NCBI GenBank assembly: GCA_044892525.1
Contig: CM097885.1
Location: 14,324,001-14,388,000, forward strand
From: Schmidtea polychroa
Lineage: Eukaryota
Length of the DNA: 64,000 nucleotides
Direction: 5' to 3'
The first letter of the stretch is position 1. Each line of letters opens with the position of its first letter. The notes under the pieces are model-generated. The model saw only the letters and a program-made list of their open reading frames with translations, searched no databases and was not told where the DNA came from. Made by a program: the position numbers and the translations under genes. Below are positions 1 to 14,919 of this stretch, piece by piece.

Positions 1-591
1 CGACACTCGCCTCCAAAAGATCCAATAGAATATAGGAAATCAAGGCAATACACCTATCCTCAACTTGCACTGGTCGCCAAACAATTCTGTGCTTCTCCTC
101 CTTCCAGCGTGGATAGTGAAAGAACCTTCAGTTTGGCTGGTCTTATATGCGATGACCGTCGATCAAACTTAACACCAGCCAAAACTGAGATGCTTCTATT
201 TTTAATGAAAAATCTCGATGTGGTCCGTTTTGACTACTAATAAACTAATGAAGATGTATATATTTATATAAACACATGTATTTTTTTATTTTTTCGTTTC
301 ACGTTACTTTGCTTGTTGCGAACAGATCTATGTTATATAATTTACATCCATGTTTCAAAAGACAACAAAATGAACGCTTCTCAATATCTTGTATTATCAC
401 CCATTGTATAATTTTTTCAGTTTTATTGATATGATTCATTTTAATAAATCGCCGTAGGTCATTGCAGTAGGTACAGGTCCCTAAATTATTTTCACGCACC
501 AGACATTTGATTCGACTTCGGCTTCGGCCAAATAGTAATTTAAAAATTTGAACTTCGGATTTCGGCAAAAAAGTCACTTCGGCAGGCCCTA
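1..591 (+). mobile_element. 3' end of a hAT DNA transposon (transposase C-terminal dimerisation domain plus right TIR)
   Basis: Frame 1 of 1-240 reads ...DPIEYRKSRQYTYPQLALVAKQFCASPPSSVDSERTFSLAGLICDDRRSNLTPAKTEMLLFLMKNL..*, a hAT dimerisation motif. It ends in TTCGGCAGGCCCTA (TAGGG-type TIR) at 591, directly against fold-back arm sequence. Confidence 0.8.
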
Positions 592-650
592 GCACCTAGT
601 TAAAAATATTTAGTAACCGATTGTTGGTAACTGTTGAATTATTATTATTA

Positions 651-743
<93 letters not shown>

Positions 744-3700
744 CATTAAAATTTCACTTTGACTTTGAAAAATATTTCATTGAAATTAACTTAAAAAATT
801 ATTTCATTAAAATTTACTTTTAAAATTAACTTTAAAAAAAATTCCATTTAAATTTTTATTAAAAATTACATTTCTCAAAAAAGTTGGTGGTTATTCAATC
901 TTTTGATAATAAATTTAAAAATCTTAGTTTAATTTACTTATTACATTACTTATTTAAAAATTATTACTCTAATTTACTCATTTAGCTTTAATTTAAAATT
1001 TGAACCATTGGTTACTTAATTTAAAATTTTGAACCTTAATTTACTTATTTAAAATTTTTAACATTAATTTACCTAATTATTCTTTATTTCTTAATTTTAC
1101 ATCATAATTTACTTAACAACTAATTATAACCATTATTTTCATATTTAACCAATAATTTCATGTGGTCATCTGGTTGGTATCTAGTTGACAGTGCTTAGTA
1201 CTAGGTATGTTGTACTTGGTTTTTAGTACTTGGTAGGTGGTTAATAATGCTTAGTACCTGGTTGTTGTTGGTTGTAAGTAGTTGGTAGCTAGTTGGTTGT
1301 AGGTACTTAGTAGTTGGTTAATAATGCTTAGTACCTGGTTGTTGTTGGTTGTATGTAGTTGGTAGGTGGTTGTAGGTAGTTGGTATCAGGTAACTGGTTG
1401 TTAGTAACTAGTTGTATGTACTTGGTATCAGGTAACTGGTTGTTAGTAACTAGTTGTAAGTACTTGGTATCTAGTTGTTAGCTGGTTGATAGTACTTGGT
1501 AGGTTGATAATGATTAGTACCTGGTTGTTGTCGATTGTGAGTAGTTGGTATCAGGTTGTTAGTAACTAGTTGTAGGTATCTGGTTGTAAATACATGTTCG
1601 TAAGTTACTGGTTGTTGGTACTAAGTTGTTGGTATCTGGTTGATGTTGGTTGTATGTACTTGGTGGGTGGTTGTAGGTACTTAGTAGTTGGTTGATGATG
1701 CTTAGTACCTTAGGGTTGTTGTTGGTTGTTAGTACTTGGTAGGTTGTATTTAGTTGGTTGTAGGTTGTAAGTAGTTGGTTGATAATGCTTAGTACCTGGT
1801 TGTTGACGGTTGTTAGTACTTAGTAGCTAGTTAATGGGTAGGTGGTTGTAGGTACTTGGTAGGTGGTTGTAGGTACTTAGTAGTTGGTAATTAATGCTTA
1901 GTACCTGGTTGTTGTCGGTTGTTAGTACTTGGTAGGTTGTAGTTAGTTGTTAGCTGGTTGTTGTGGGTTGTAAGTACTTGGTACCTAGTTGTTAGCTGGT
2001 TGTTGTCGGTTGTTAGTACTTGGTATGTGGTTGTAGGTACTTGGTTGATAATGCTTAGTAGCTGGTTGATGTTGGTTGTAAGTAGTTGGTATCAGGTTGT
2101 TAGTAACTAGTTGTAGGTATCTGGTTGTTAATAAATGTTCATAAGTTACTGGTTGTTGGTACTAAGTTGTTGGTTTGTTGTTGAATTTTTATTAAAATTT
2201 GTCTTTGAAAAATATTTCATAAAAATTTACATTAAAAATTACTTAAAAATTATTCTATTAAAATTTCCATTAAAAAATTTTCATAAAAAATTTTCATTAA
2301 AAAATTTCAATTCTCAAACACCTTCTATTATTTCAACTTTTTGTTAATAAATTTAAAAATCTTACTTTAATTTACTTATTACATTACTTATTTAAAAATT
2401 ATTACTTTAATTTACTTATTTAAAATTTTTTACCATTGATTACTTAATTTTAAAATTTGGACCTTAATTAACTTTAATTTAATTTTTTAGAACCTAAATT
2501 TACTTTAATTTTAAAATTTGGACCATTATTTACTTTAATTTAATTTTTTAGAACCTAAATTTACTTTAATTTTAAAATTTGGACCATTATTTACTTTAAT
2601 TTAATTTTTAGAACCTTAATTTACTTTAATTGAAAAATTTGGACCATAATTTACTGTAATTGAAAAATTTGGACCTTGATTTACTTATTTAGACCATAAT
2701 TTACTGTAATTTAATTTTTTAGGACCATTATTTACTGTAATTTAATTTTTTAGGACCATAATTACCTTATTTGAAAAATTTGAATTTTTTTTTTTGAATT
2801 TTAATTTTTTAGGACCATAATTACCTTATTTGAAAAATTTGAACCATAATTTACTTTAATTCAATTTTTAGACCCATAATTTACTGTAATTTAATTTTTT
2901 AGGACCATTATTTACTGTAATTTTATTTTTTAGAACCATAATTTACTTTAATTTAATTTTTTGAACCATAATTTACTTTAATTTAAAATATTTGGACCAT
3001 TGATTACTTTAATTTTATTTTTTAGAACCATAATTTACTTTAATTCAAAAATTTGGACCATAATTTACTTTAATTTAATTATTTAGAACCTTAATTAACT
3101 TTAATTTAAAATTTTGAACCTTAATTAACTTTAATTCAAAAATTTGGACCATAATTTACTTTTAATTTAATTTTTAGAACCTTAATTTACTTTAAGTTAA
3201 AAAATTTACCACGTTTTTTAGTGTAGACCACCTATTTCTATTGAAGTTCTCAGGACCAAGGAGACCCATGTCACTATAGTGTGATAAATCCTTGGCTTTT
3301 TTAGTGGTAGTCGGATTTTTGTATTGAAAAAAAATTTTTTTGTATTGCAAATCCCAGGACCAAGGAGATCCCCTCGCTATAGTGTGAAAATTCCATGCTT
3401 TTTTATTGAGACCGCCTTTTTGTATTGAAAATCCCAGGATCAATCGAGACCCCCTCACTATAGTGTGATAAATCCTTGGCTTTTTTAGTGGTATTCGGAT
3501 TTTTGTATTGAAAAAATTTTTTTTTGTATTGCAAATCCCAGGACCAAGGAGATCCTTAATTAACTTTAATTTAAAATTTTGAACCTTAATTAACTTTAAT
3601 TCAAAAATTTGGACCATAATTTACTTTTAATTTAATTTTTAGAACCTTAATTTACTTTAAGTTAAAAAATTTACCACGTTTTTTAGTGTAGACCACCTAT

Positions 3701-3930
3701 TTCTATTGAAGTTCTCAGGACCAAGGAGACCCACGTCACTATAGTGTGATAAATCCTTGGCTTTTTTAGTGGTAGTCGGATTTTTGTATTGAAAAAATTT
3801 TTTTTGTATTGAAAATCCCGGGACCATCGAGACCCCTCACTATAGTCTAATAAAAAAATTAAATTGGACCAAAAATCCCTGAACGCAAAAAATGTGAGTT
3901 GCAACAATTGCGTAATAAGAAGTTGCAACA
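592..3930. mobile_element. Truncated right arm of a second copy of the giant fold-back (Maverick-like non-autonomous) element
   Basis: Same module order as 45705-48890: (ATT)n, GT-rich degenerate repeats (~1180-2180), ~30-bp AT-rich GGACCATAATTTACT repeats (~2450-3190), CCCAGGACC/CACTATAG repeats, then GGACCAAAAATCCCTGAACGCAAAAAATGTGAGTTGC. The last ~40 bp of the terminus are missing. Confidence 0.85.
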
Positions 3931-5988
3931 ATTTTTAAAATTTTTTTTTTAAATTCAAGTCTACGTTTTCTGGATTATTGTAATTGTTTATTTTAGTGTT
4001 GCGACTAATGGTGAGTATGTGAGAGGACAGGGAAGCGGCCCTGGTGTTGGCCAAGAAGCTGCAGTTTAGAGTTGAAAAACTTAAAGGTCGGTGGAGGGAA
4101 ATGGAACACTCCTGGTTTCGAATGAAAGATATGAAAAGCGCATACATCAGATCCGATATCTGCAGGCGCAGAATGCCCAGCACTAGGTGGATCTCAGGAC
4201 ACTAAGAATTAGAATACGACAAATTGAGATCCGGATATCAGTGAACGGTTGATGATCACGTGGCGAAGCTGATTGAGTTGCTAGTTCCGATGGAACTATT
4301 TCCCACGAAGGACGGATCGACCGTGTATACAAATCAAGAACCCGAAATGTCAAGCAGTAATGCACTGTTATCCGGGAAAACTGGAGCGAACCAGGCAACA
4401 CATGCTGAAAGAAGCGCAAATTTTAGGCTGATTGGAACGGGCATTAAACTTGAATAAATGTGCTGTCTTCCATTAAGTTTTTAGAAAGCTTAAACCCGAA
4501 TTTTGTTTTTCGCACATCCTGATAAAATTCCAACTCCCAATGATATAAACATTGTGTAATTTAATCAAATCACCTCAATCTCAGTAAAAAAACAAGTCCA
4601 AACAATCCCATACAATCGCCATGAACATGATCATAGAACCAGGGAAGAGGTATGAGCGAGTACGCGGAACATCAGTCGAACTTTCTTGTGTCATGTTATA
4701 GACTTAGAATAAAATCTTGTCCTTGTTATTCTAAACATTAATGGGGAGAACTAATCAATATCGGAGACATGCCTTCTAACGGTAGTCGTCGAACCCCCTC
4801 GAATACTTTAACTTTACACGAGTATTCACCGATTCAATACAGTGCCAACGATGTATCCTGGGTTACACTGGACAGAGCACTGAGGGATATAGTTTGATTA
4901 CGTGTAACACTCAACAAATAAACTTTCATATTCCCAGCTAAAAATGAGACATATAGAGGTATAATAATAAAGATTAGGAATAGGAATTGTCCATGAACCC
5001 TAGGATTATCAGGGCGTTGGCAGTTCTATTTTCAAACATCATTTCTTACTGACAACCACCGACTTGATAAGTTATTTAATTATGACGTCAGGTGGTGGTT
5101 ACCATTTTTTTGTTGCAAGGTATGTGCAAGGCGATCCTGTAACTTGCAATGTTAATAGCAAGAAACTTTTATTTAAGAAAAAAAATAAATAAACATCTTC
5201 AGTTGAAATTTGAAAAGTACTCATTTTTTGCATCAGCGAAAATCCTAACTGTTTTAACAATCGTTCGGAAGCCGTAAAATTTTACAAAAATTCAAGGCCT
5301 GTTAATTTGTCACAAGAATATCTTTAATATATTCTAACTGTGAAAGTTCACAATAACCACTTACAAACATTACAAACACTTACTAAATTATTTTACCAGA
5401 TATTCTTTCGAAAGCAACAAAAAAGATTTCAAAATTTTTCCAAGCATTGCTTCCAATACATCCAATCTTTTTGGCACATATCATTTGAACCTTTCGATAG
5501 TTAAACATTGGTTTTGACTTGTCCACAACCAATTGCACCATTTTTTAAGAAATACATTAACACAAATAGGAATAAGTCAACTTTAATATTTGAAAAAATT
5601 GAATTTAGTAAACGAATTATTTAAAAATTATTTTTAATTTTCTATAGAACTGTCGAATAGCTGACTGTATAGCAAAATAAATATTCAGAATTTGTAACTT
5701 TACACATGTAATTATTATTCATATATAAACCAGCTTCCAAATTTAATATTAATATCGATCAAATATTAAATATTTCAAACTAGTTATTAGTTTCAAAATT
5801 AACATTCACATATTATAAACAATAAAGGACTTTAGAATATGGTCCGTTCATATAACACGAAAATTATATTTAAATTATAATGAAAAACATTACAAATGAA
5901 AACAAAGCAATATCAAATAAACATCTTTAAATTCTGGAAATTAGCCTTTATGATTATCATTAAAAACCAAGGTACAACCAACATTTGT

Positions 5989-6004
5989 GGTCCTAAAGAG
6001 GACC
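5989..6004 (-). terminator. Histone mRNA 3' stem-loop
   Basis: Minus strand reads AAAC-GGTCCT-CTTT-AGGACC-ACAAA, 35 nt after the H2B stop. 6-bp stem with 4-nt loop. Confidence 0.9.
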
Positions 6005-6039
6005 GTTTAACATTCTCAAACTAAATGAAAATCTACATT

Positions 6040-6411
6040 TTACTTTGAACCAGTGTATTTAGTTACAGCCTTGGTTCCTTCACTGACAGCGTGTTTAGCC
6101 AATTCTCCAGGCAAGATCAATCGGACAGCAGTTTGGATCTCTCTGCTGGAAATCGTTGATTTCTTGTTGTAAGTTGCCAACTTACTAGCTTCAGTTGCGA
6201 TTCTTTCGAATACATCATTAACGAAGCTGTTCATGATTGACATGGCTTTACCAGAAATTCCAGTATCTGGATGAACTTGTCTGAGAACTTTGTAGATATA
6301 GATACCATAGCTTTCTTTACGTTTGTGAGATCTCTTCTTTTTGTCGGATTTCACAACTTCTTTGGAAATTTTCTTAACTGACTTAGCAGCAACTTTTGCT
6401 TTTGGAGCCAT
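6040..6411 (-). CDS. H2B: Histone H2B (replication-dependent type, intronless)
   Basis: 123 aa containing [23 protein letters not shown]...[30 protein letters not shown], with a downstream stem-loop. Confidence 0.98.
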   Translation of the reverse strand: MAPKAKVAAKSVKKISKEVVKSDKKKRSHKRKESYGIYIYKVLRQVHPDTGISGKAMSIMNSFVNDVFERIATEASKLATYNKKSTISSREIQTAVRLILPGELAKHAVSEGTKAVTKYTGSK

Positions 6412-6479
6412 TTTCGATATTGTTATATAAATATTTAAATTATCGAATTTATATTTATATGGTTAACTTTTTTTGAAAT

Positions 6480-6499
6480 ATATTACGTTGCGGTATTTT
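6480..6499. promoter_or_regulatory. Conserved H2B upstream motif ATATTACGTTGCGGTATTTT
   Basis: Identical 20-mer ~70 bp upstream of all three H2B start codons (also ~36338 and ~59026), although the flanks of this copy diverge from the other two. Confidence 0.6.
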
Positions 6500-7988
6500 C
6501 AATTAAAAAATTTAATTTCTGAATTAAATGTTATTATTATAGTATAATTTAATTTTTTATGTTACATAATTTAATAATTCTTGTTTAGAGATCAGCATTA
6601 AATAATTTACTAATGCGATAAATGATTATAATCATATTAATGTAGTAATTAGACATAGAATGTCCATGAAATAAATTCAATATGGTTAGTTTTGTCTGAT
6701 TTTTTAAAAACTCAAAACTAAGCGACATTTTTATTTAATTTTGTTATTATTAAGCATTTTAACCAGTAAGTTCTAAAAGAAATTATATTTACAATTCAAA
6801 TGAAAGATAACCAGAAAACGAACTAAATATTTCATCAAATTTATTTTTAAAAGCTCATGGATTAAAGGTTTGCATTAAAGATCTCAAATCCGATACCAAA
6901 TTGAAACATATTTGTAATTGAATTTTGGAAAATCTTTTTATGTTACAAAATTATTGTATAAAATTCGGTTTGACTTTTTATTTGATTTCAAATGATTTAA
7001 ATAAATTCTCCACGACGTCGAAATTATTTGACATTTTTACATGAAATTTCTGCTTATCCAAGCAATATTTAAATTGGCATCAAATAATGTTAAGATTTAA
7101 TACCAAGCAGAAAGTTAGTTAATTGTTTCACAGAAACATTTTCTATTGAAATAAGTTTAATTTTTTCTAATTTACTTCTAAAAAATTTGGTATTTAATAA
7201 TTAAATCTTTTAATGAAATTTTTATTTCCTTAATATCATGTAGGCGATCTTTGCTACATATTAAAACATGAATCCTTCGTATTCTATTAAAAATCTATTC
7301 AAATTTACTGAATAAGTTTCTTAATTTCATCAACTGACAGTTCTTAGTTATTACTTTAATGTCATGCAGTACATAAATAATTGGCCAAAATGTCCGAACT
7401 CCTATTTCATTACCGTTGGATTTAGTAGTTAATGGTCGCGGGTTGTTTTCTATCGGGTGGATGGGGAATTAGCCATGTGGAAAGCATGAGTTCAATTAAT
7501 AAAATCATTTGTTTATATATGATTATGATGACCATTTCTCCCGGATTCTAGCTCAGCATCAAACATAAATACTCGACCTTGAATTAAGAATTCGCTTATT
7601 AAAAGAAATTTAGTTTCTATAATATTGCCACTTAGAGATCATAATTTCATAAAAAGGTTTATATAGGAATTATATAGGAATTTAGGAATTAATGAGTCTC
7701 ATATGGAAAAGTTATTATAAATTTCGGATTCAGTGAGAGTTATCGTGAATTTATTCTTTGATAGATAACTTTAGCATTCAGAGGCTTGATTATGCTAACC
7801 CCGAAGGTTATATCAACAAGGAAGTACAAACTCGACAACATCTTATTAAAATTTTTATTTAGATTTTATTTTTTCTATCCTCATTGAGTGAGTGCAAAGT
7901 TGTTAATGAGATAAAAATTGATAAACAGAAAAATAATTTTATTGAAAATATGTCTCGCAATCTCCTTTCAAAAACCCTTTTAAACAAT

Positions 7989-8617
<629 letters not shown>

Positions 8618-9405
8618 TTAATACAATAATGAAATTGAATAATAAAAATCATAGAAAAGATTGAATATTTATAGTGATTCTGAATTGCATCAAATTCTCC
8701 ACCGTGGATTGAATGACAACGCGTTTCTAAAAATAGTAACAGAAATTTCAACATTTTCTGATTGGTCATTTCGAATAATTAATGCCAATATATCACTGAC
8801 ATAAACAATAGAATTATGACGATCTATTATTATAATTAATATTATTAAAATAGGTTAATATTATACTAAAAATAAAAACTCAAATTTTGATATTTCTGAT
8901 TCGTCGTTCAGAATTATTAATGCCAATCTATCACAGTCTCATATCTGCGTTGATGACCGAGCTATGATTTGCACATCCTGTAGCCAAGAAGTTTAGTTTA
9001 GGATATTTGTTATGTTTAGGACATTTATGTGTAATCATAATATGTTGTGTTTGTGAAAAAAGCCTTACTACAATGAATATATACTTCTAAGACACTTTAA
9101 CGCTCTTTTCACCATACGAGCAATATTGGTGGGGTCTTATATTAATATAGGTAAACTCTTATAAGAAATTTTCGATTTAAATTCATTTCTAGCTACCATC
9201 GTGAAGAAAAAAAAACAAGTGCTAGATTTATTTTTATATACAACTCAAAAGTACTAAAACCTTAGTAATTTTAAATTTTTACACATTTTATCGCGGCACA
9301 CATCTTGGACAACAATGGCATAGAATCATAATAATTATAAGAGCTGTTCTTTTCTATCTTATTGAAATAAAACTTCTGATAATAAAAGGTACATAATAAT
9401 AATTG

Positions 9406-9640
9406 GTGGGTTACAGGTAGACATACATTTTACCTTTTCGTGCTGTTTCCAACGTAATCCAGTATGCAAATAACATTTTCTCCGCTTGATACCCGTTGAG
9501 TGATCAACGTTGGTACTGTATCAAGTGGGTGAGTGCTCGCAAAAAGTGAGCGCGCTATCACCCTATAATTGTCGGGCACTCCTTGGGTTCACGGACTACC
9601 GATAGGAGGTTTATGTCCGATTTTCTATTCAGGTCCCCAC
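9406..9640 (+). other. Structured repeat module (four hairpins), probably from a retroelement LTR/UTR; paralog at 60470-60700
   Basis: Stems TGGGTTAC/GTAATCCA, CTTGATAC/GTATCAAG, GAGTGC/GCACTC and GGAC..ACC/GGT..GTCC are retained in the diverged second copy. Confidence 0.55.
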
Positions 9641-10928
9641 CTATTCCTACCAATTGAATGTTGTTACGTTTCTAGTAAAACACAAAATACAAAACCACGT
9701 TTTCTTTATTCATCGATTTCCAATTTGTCGCTATTCACACACTCCATTTCATGCACATACACGCGTTTAAGCACATAGGTATTCGCCTTCCCATTCATCT
9801 CTTCATATACCTATACACGCACATCTATTCACGCCCACATGCTCACACCCGTAAGCTTGCCGGATTTCCTGGGTCTATTCGATTCGGTTTTTATCATATT
9901 CAAACTTCAAACCTATTCTATTTGAATTTACTGCATTCTCGATCCCCGTTTTTATCAATTAGTTTTTAATTGCCTAATTTGGCTTTTAATTGATCATCGA
10001 TCCTGATGATGATCCGACATTAACTCCCTCTTAAATCCAAATTTATTTCCATTATATCTATAAATTTCAAAGGATTCAATCTATTCAACAATGTTAGCTT
10101 TTAGATGCAATAGTCATTCCAGAAGTTATGAATACATTGCAAATTGTGTAAGATGAAATTATCTTTTTAATTAAATCTTGTACTTTGAGTTTTTTTTGTG
10201 TGTAATATAAATTTGTCTTTTGAATAAAATTAAATTTTGCACTTCTTTTGAGTTTCTCATTTAAGGTGTAACATGAATTTGATTTTTTAATAAAAGTTAG
10301 ATTTTGTACTTTCATTGAGTTTTTTCATTTTAAAGTAGCACTCGTTTGATGTGGGCGTATGTCTATCTACCTATATCTTTCGTTAGAGAATATGAGCAAA
10401 AGCTGAAAAAACGAGGTTGTAGTTGGGGAATTGTGATTGGCTCATTATGTTTGTGAGTATGTGAGGGCTTATTATTATGGTTTAGTTCTTCTGATGATGG
10501 ACGGTTGTTACTCAGAATAGATTTACTATGTTATCGCAACATCATTGGATGGACAATGTGCTGAGGTTTCTAATATTAGTAACCTGGGGAATCAGAATAA
10601 ATAATTTGTTTTAAAATTTAAATACAATAATTAAATCCATATTAATATTATATAATAATTAATAACAATAAAATTAGGGATCACCCATTAAATGGAATAA
10701 TAATAATAGTCATTATAAGAATAATTTACTAATAATAATGATAATGACAAAATAATAAATAATAATAATAATAACTACATTGATAATAATAAGGTGGTAA
10801 TAATAATAGTTAAATCCATCTTTAAATTTCTCAGCAAAAGTATATATTTGATAAAAAGGATTTATAAAATAATAAGTTTTTAATTTTTCACAAAAACCGC
10901 CACTCCAATTATTAAAACAACCAGATAT

Positions 10929-13900
10929 CTAACTTTCCCCTTCTTTTGACTTTTTCCACTTCTTCAGCCACTCGATTCTTCTTTCTTTCGTTCCTTCTTG
11001 TGAATGTAGTTTGACTCGATGAGGTGATAGAAATCTGACGATTTTATATGGACCATCGTATTGCATACCATCCTTGTGCCTGTTCTGCGGCTCTTTACGT
11101 ACGAGTACCTCCTCCCCCACCTCGAAAACACGAGTGCCCCTCTTTGTCTTATCCATAGCTCTCATAGTGTCTGCGGCTTTACTCGAGTTAAATCTCGCGT
11201 CTTCGATTCTTTCGCTTCTTGATATCTCGGCTTGTTTCAGGTTAGAGTGTAGGTTGACACTCCGTCCATAAATTATCTCAAATGGTGATAAACCTGTAGC
11301 ACTTTGTCGACTGCTATTTATAGTGAACTCTATTCTTGGTGGAAGTTCGTGACAGTTTCTCTCTTCACATCCAACTGCCAATGTTGCTGTAATAAGATCT
11401 CTTATGGTCCGTATGGCTCGTTCGGCTAAACCATTTGATTGGTGCTGGTAAGGTGAGCTGAATTCCTGTTTGATTCCAAGTTTCTGTAGCTTCTGTCTTA
11501 GGAAATTCCCTTCGAAATTTCGGCCTCTATCTGTTAAAATGCTCTTCGGTTTTCCAAATCGATAGATCCAACTATTAAGTATTGTTTTGAAAATGGTCCC
11601 TTCGTCTTGCTTTGTGATTGCAGTTAAAGAAATCAGTTTGCTAAAACGGTCCACCATTACTACCATATATTTTTCTATGGCGTTCATTTCTATGTAAGCC
11701 ACATCCATAACAATAAGGAATTCAGAGCTATATCTAGGAATAAATGTTTCCTTGGTTCTTGTCTGATCGATCTTTCTCTTAGCGCAGATCTCGCAACATC
11801 GTAAACAGAGTTGGATTGTTTCTTGCATTTTCGGCCAATATCTTTTTCATATAATGAAATAATTTCTTAACTCCAATGTGACATAGTTCTTCATGTAGGG
11901 TTGTTGTTAATAGGCCTGCAAATGTTTCTGGGACTAACATTAAGATATTTTTGTTCTTTTCTACTGTTATTAATCCTCCATCAATTCGTGCATTTTTTAC
12001 GTTAAAAGGAAAGCAATTCTTTTTCTCCCGTGTACATCCATTTTCCAATATCTCTCGCAGCTCTCGAAACCAAATGTCCTTTTGTTGTTGTTCCCATACT
12101 TTTTCCATAGCTTCTGTTCTTTGGATAGTATATATATATCTAATCTTTGATTTTCCTTCCTTAGCTTCTTCATGTCTTGTTTGACACTGGGTGCAAATCA
12201 TACTTTTTAATCGTGATAGTCTATCTGCATTCGAGTGTTCTTCGCCTTTCCGATATTTTAGTTCAAAATCATATTCCGACAGGTTAGCTAACCATGTTTG
12301 GAACTGCGGACTGATTGGTGTTTTTGTAATGTTCATGAAAACCAGTGCTTTGTGGTCGATGCGAATTATGATTTTTTTCCCGTACAGATATTCTCTAAAA
12401 TGCATGACGTATTCATGTACGGCGAGCAGTTCTTTCCTGGTTACACAGTATGCCTTTTCATGTGATGACATATGTCTAGACCCATAAGCTATGACCGATT
12501 CTTCTCCATCTTCTGTAATTTGACTCAAAACTGCACCAATGGCTCCGAAACTAGCGTCTGTGTCTAAGATAAAAGTTCTATCTTCTCTTGGAAAATCAAG
12601 GATAGGTGCTTCGCACAACCGTCTTTTCAGAGTTTGGAAACTCTCATTGCATTCTTTAGTCCAATTTATATCTTTATCGCATCCAGATGTTGCAGCGTAT
12701 ATTGGTTCGGCGATTTTGGCATCTTCTTCTATAGTAGTTCGTTAATCCGAGAAACGATCTCAATTGTTTTGAACATTTTGGTACTTCTGCTTTCTCGATC
12801 TCTTCCACTTTCTTCCTGTTTGTCTGGATACCCAGGAAACACAATTCTGTTTTATTGAATTTGCATTTTTCTGGATTTATCTTCAGTCCTGCCATTTGAA
12901 TTCTTCTGAATATTTCTCTTAATAGCTCATCGTGGTCTTTTTGACTTTTACCATATACCAAGATATCATCTAGATAAACTACTACTCCCTTGAATAGCAT
13001 TCCTTCTAGCACTGTGTGCATCAGTCTCTGGAATGTCCCAGGGGCTGTTCCTAAGCCAAACGGTGGTCTATTGAAGCAAAATTGTCCTTCTCTTGTACTG
13101 AATGCAGTCATTTCTTGAATTTCTGGAGCCAACTCCACTTGATAATACGCCTGACCTAAATCGATTGACAAAAATATTTTTTGCATTCGCGAGACAGTCT
13201 AGTAAGAATTTGGTGTTAGGCATCGGAAATGACTCTTTTTCTGTTATGGAATTTAATCCACGATAATCTACACACATCCTGATAGATCCATCTTTCTTCC
13301 CTACTATAACTAACGGGGCATTCCAAGGACTCTTGCAACATCGAATAACATTTGCTTTCATTAACTCTTTTATCAGTTCTTTAATCCTTTTCTCCATGTG
13401 CATTGGTTGACGTCGAGGATGTTGCATTATTGGGCCTCCTGTTATCCGTATCTCATGTCGAACTAAGTTTGTAAATTCCAGATCGAATTTCGATGCCATA
13501 AAAATTCCGCCGTATTCCCTGATCATTCCTTCAATATCTTTACTATTCTCACCTGCCATCGTCACTAGTGCTTTATTTATTCTTTCTTCATCAGTGTAAA
13601 TTTTGTTTATCAATGACGTTTCTATATTATTGATTTTCACTAACTTTACTCCAAACTCTTTCATTGTATCATTGCACCCTATGAATTCGGGTTTGATCTC
13701 TTTTACCACTACTACTGTGATTATTTTGGTCTTCTGATTCCATATGGCCGGTATAGTCATGTATTCCATTGCTTATTCACCTTCAGTTGAAAAAACTCCG
13801 CATAATAAAATCATACTACGTTGAAGTTCTGGTTTGCCTATTTTCTCCCACAAATTCTTGCTCATGACTGTTACCGATGCTCCAGAGTCCCATAACATCT

Positions 13901-14490
13901 CTGTTTCGGCATTATTCAACATTATTTTACTCCAATTTCTTCCATCTTCCGTTTGGTACATCTCTTCTTCTGCCTCGTCTCTTCGTCGTTCATTTCTTCT
14001 TTCACAATTTATTGTCTTGACTCCACCGACGAAATGAAACCCATGGAGTCGCTGTTGTTTTTTCCGTCTTCTCTCAATATTGTATATTTTTCAGGGACAT
14101 TGTATCTATCTTCCATGTCGCTGTGAGCAGCTCTGAAATCTTGGCTGTTTTCGGTGTAATCTCTTCTTTCAGATTTTGAATCTTCTTCTTCTATGCACGC
14201 TATTCTTTGATATCGACGTGGAACCTCTTTCCGTAACGAAAAACAATCTCGGAACCCGTGACCTTCCTTGCCACATATCAGGCATTTATTTCCAAGTGGA
14301 CACTCATACATTCTGTATCCCCCTTTGCCACAGCAAAAACAATCACCTACCGTTAATTTTGGGACCGATGCTTGTGGGAGTCCTCTACTTTCGTTGTACA
14401 GCCTCCTTGCTATATTCTTCATGGATATTGTTGGCAGCTTCCTTTCTGAGCTATTCGGGATTTGCATTTGCACTATTACTAGAAAATTTA
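10929..14490 (-). mobile_element. Ty3/Gypsy LTR retrotransposon internal region, decayed gag-pol
   Basis: Fragments in Gypsy order: Gag zinc knuckles (CLICGKEGHGFRDC), protease (LWDSGA), RT (RMCVDYRGLN, YLDD), RNase H (DTDAS), integrase (TDRG..F, SNGLAER, GPY). Polypurine tract AAAAGAAGGGGAAAG near 10933-10947. Multiple frameshifts and stops; paired LTRs not delimited. Confidence 0.93.
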
Positions 14491-14919
14491 TTTAGGACAT
14501 TTATAAATCAAGATTCGACAAACGTATAGGTAGAGTTGGTTCTAGATGATATTTAACCGTTTGCATTAATTGTGAATTGTAGAGTTGTGATTAATTTAGG
14601 TCTGAGATCTACTCCGTTTATTAACTGTAGTGTAATGTTATGCTGTGATTTTAAGTGTTGATTTTATTATGTGAATTATTAGTGCAATAAATAGTCGATT
14701 ACAGAAAGTTGCTTGTTTTCGTGGCCGCACTGTGCTAACTACGACAAGCCCTAGTGTTTATGTAGGTCGATAATATACTATCGACATATAGATACTACCA
14801 TAACGAGTTCCGAGAACTCCGCCGTACCAGAGGGTATTTATCGACGAACCCAGTGGCTTATACCACCGAGTCAGTACGACCTCCGACGACCCCACTCCAT
14901 ATAATACAAATAAGTGCAT

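Noticed and set aside
1180..2180. GT-rich strand-biased tract as a telomere or subtelomere
   Set aside because: No tandem TTAGGG or other fixed short unit. It is an internal module mirrored in both arms of the element.
3192..3931. ORFs in the subterminal repeats (also 36770-37079 and 47800-48846)
   Set aside because: Repeat-derived, internally repetitive, and frames are not conserved between copies.
3990..4460. GC-richer segment with short coiled-coil-like frames
   Set aside because: Interrupted in all frames with no motif I can recognise. Possibly a decayed TE, but not assignable.
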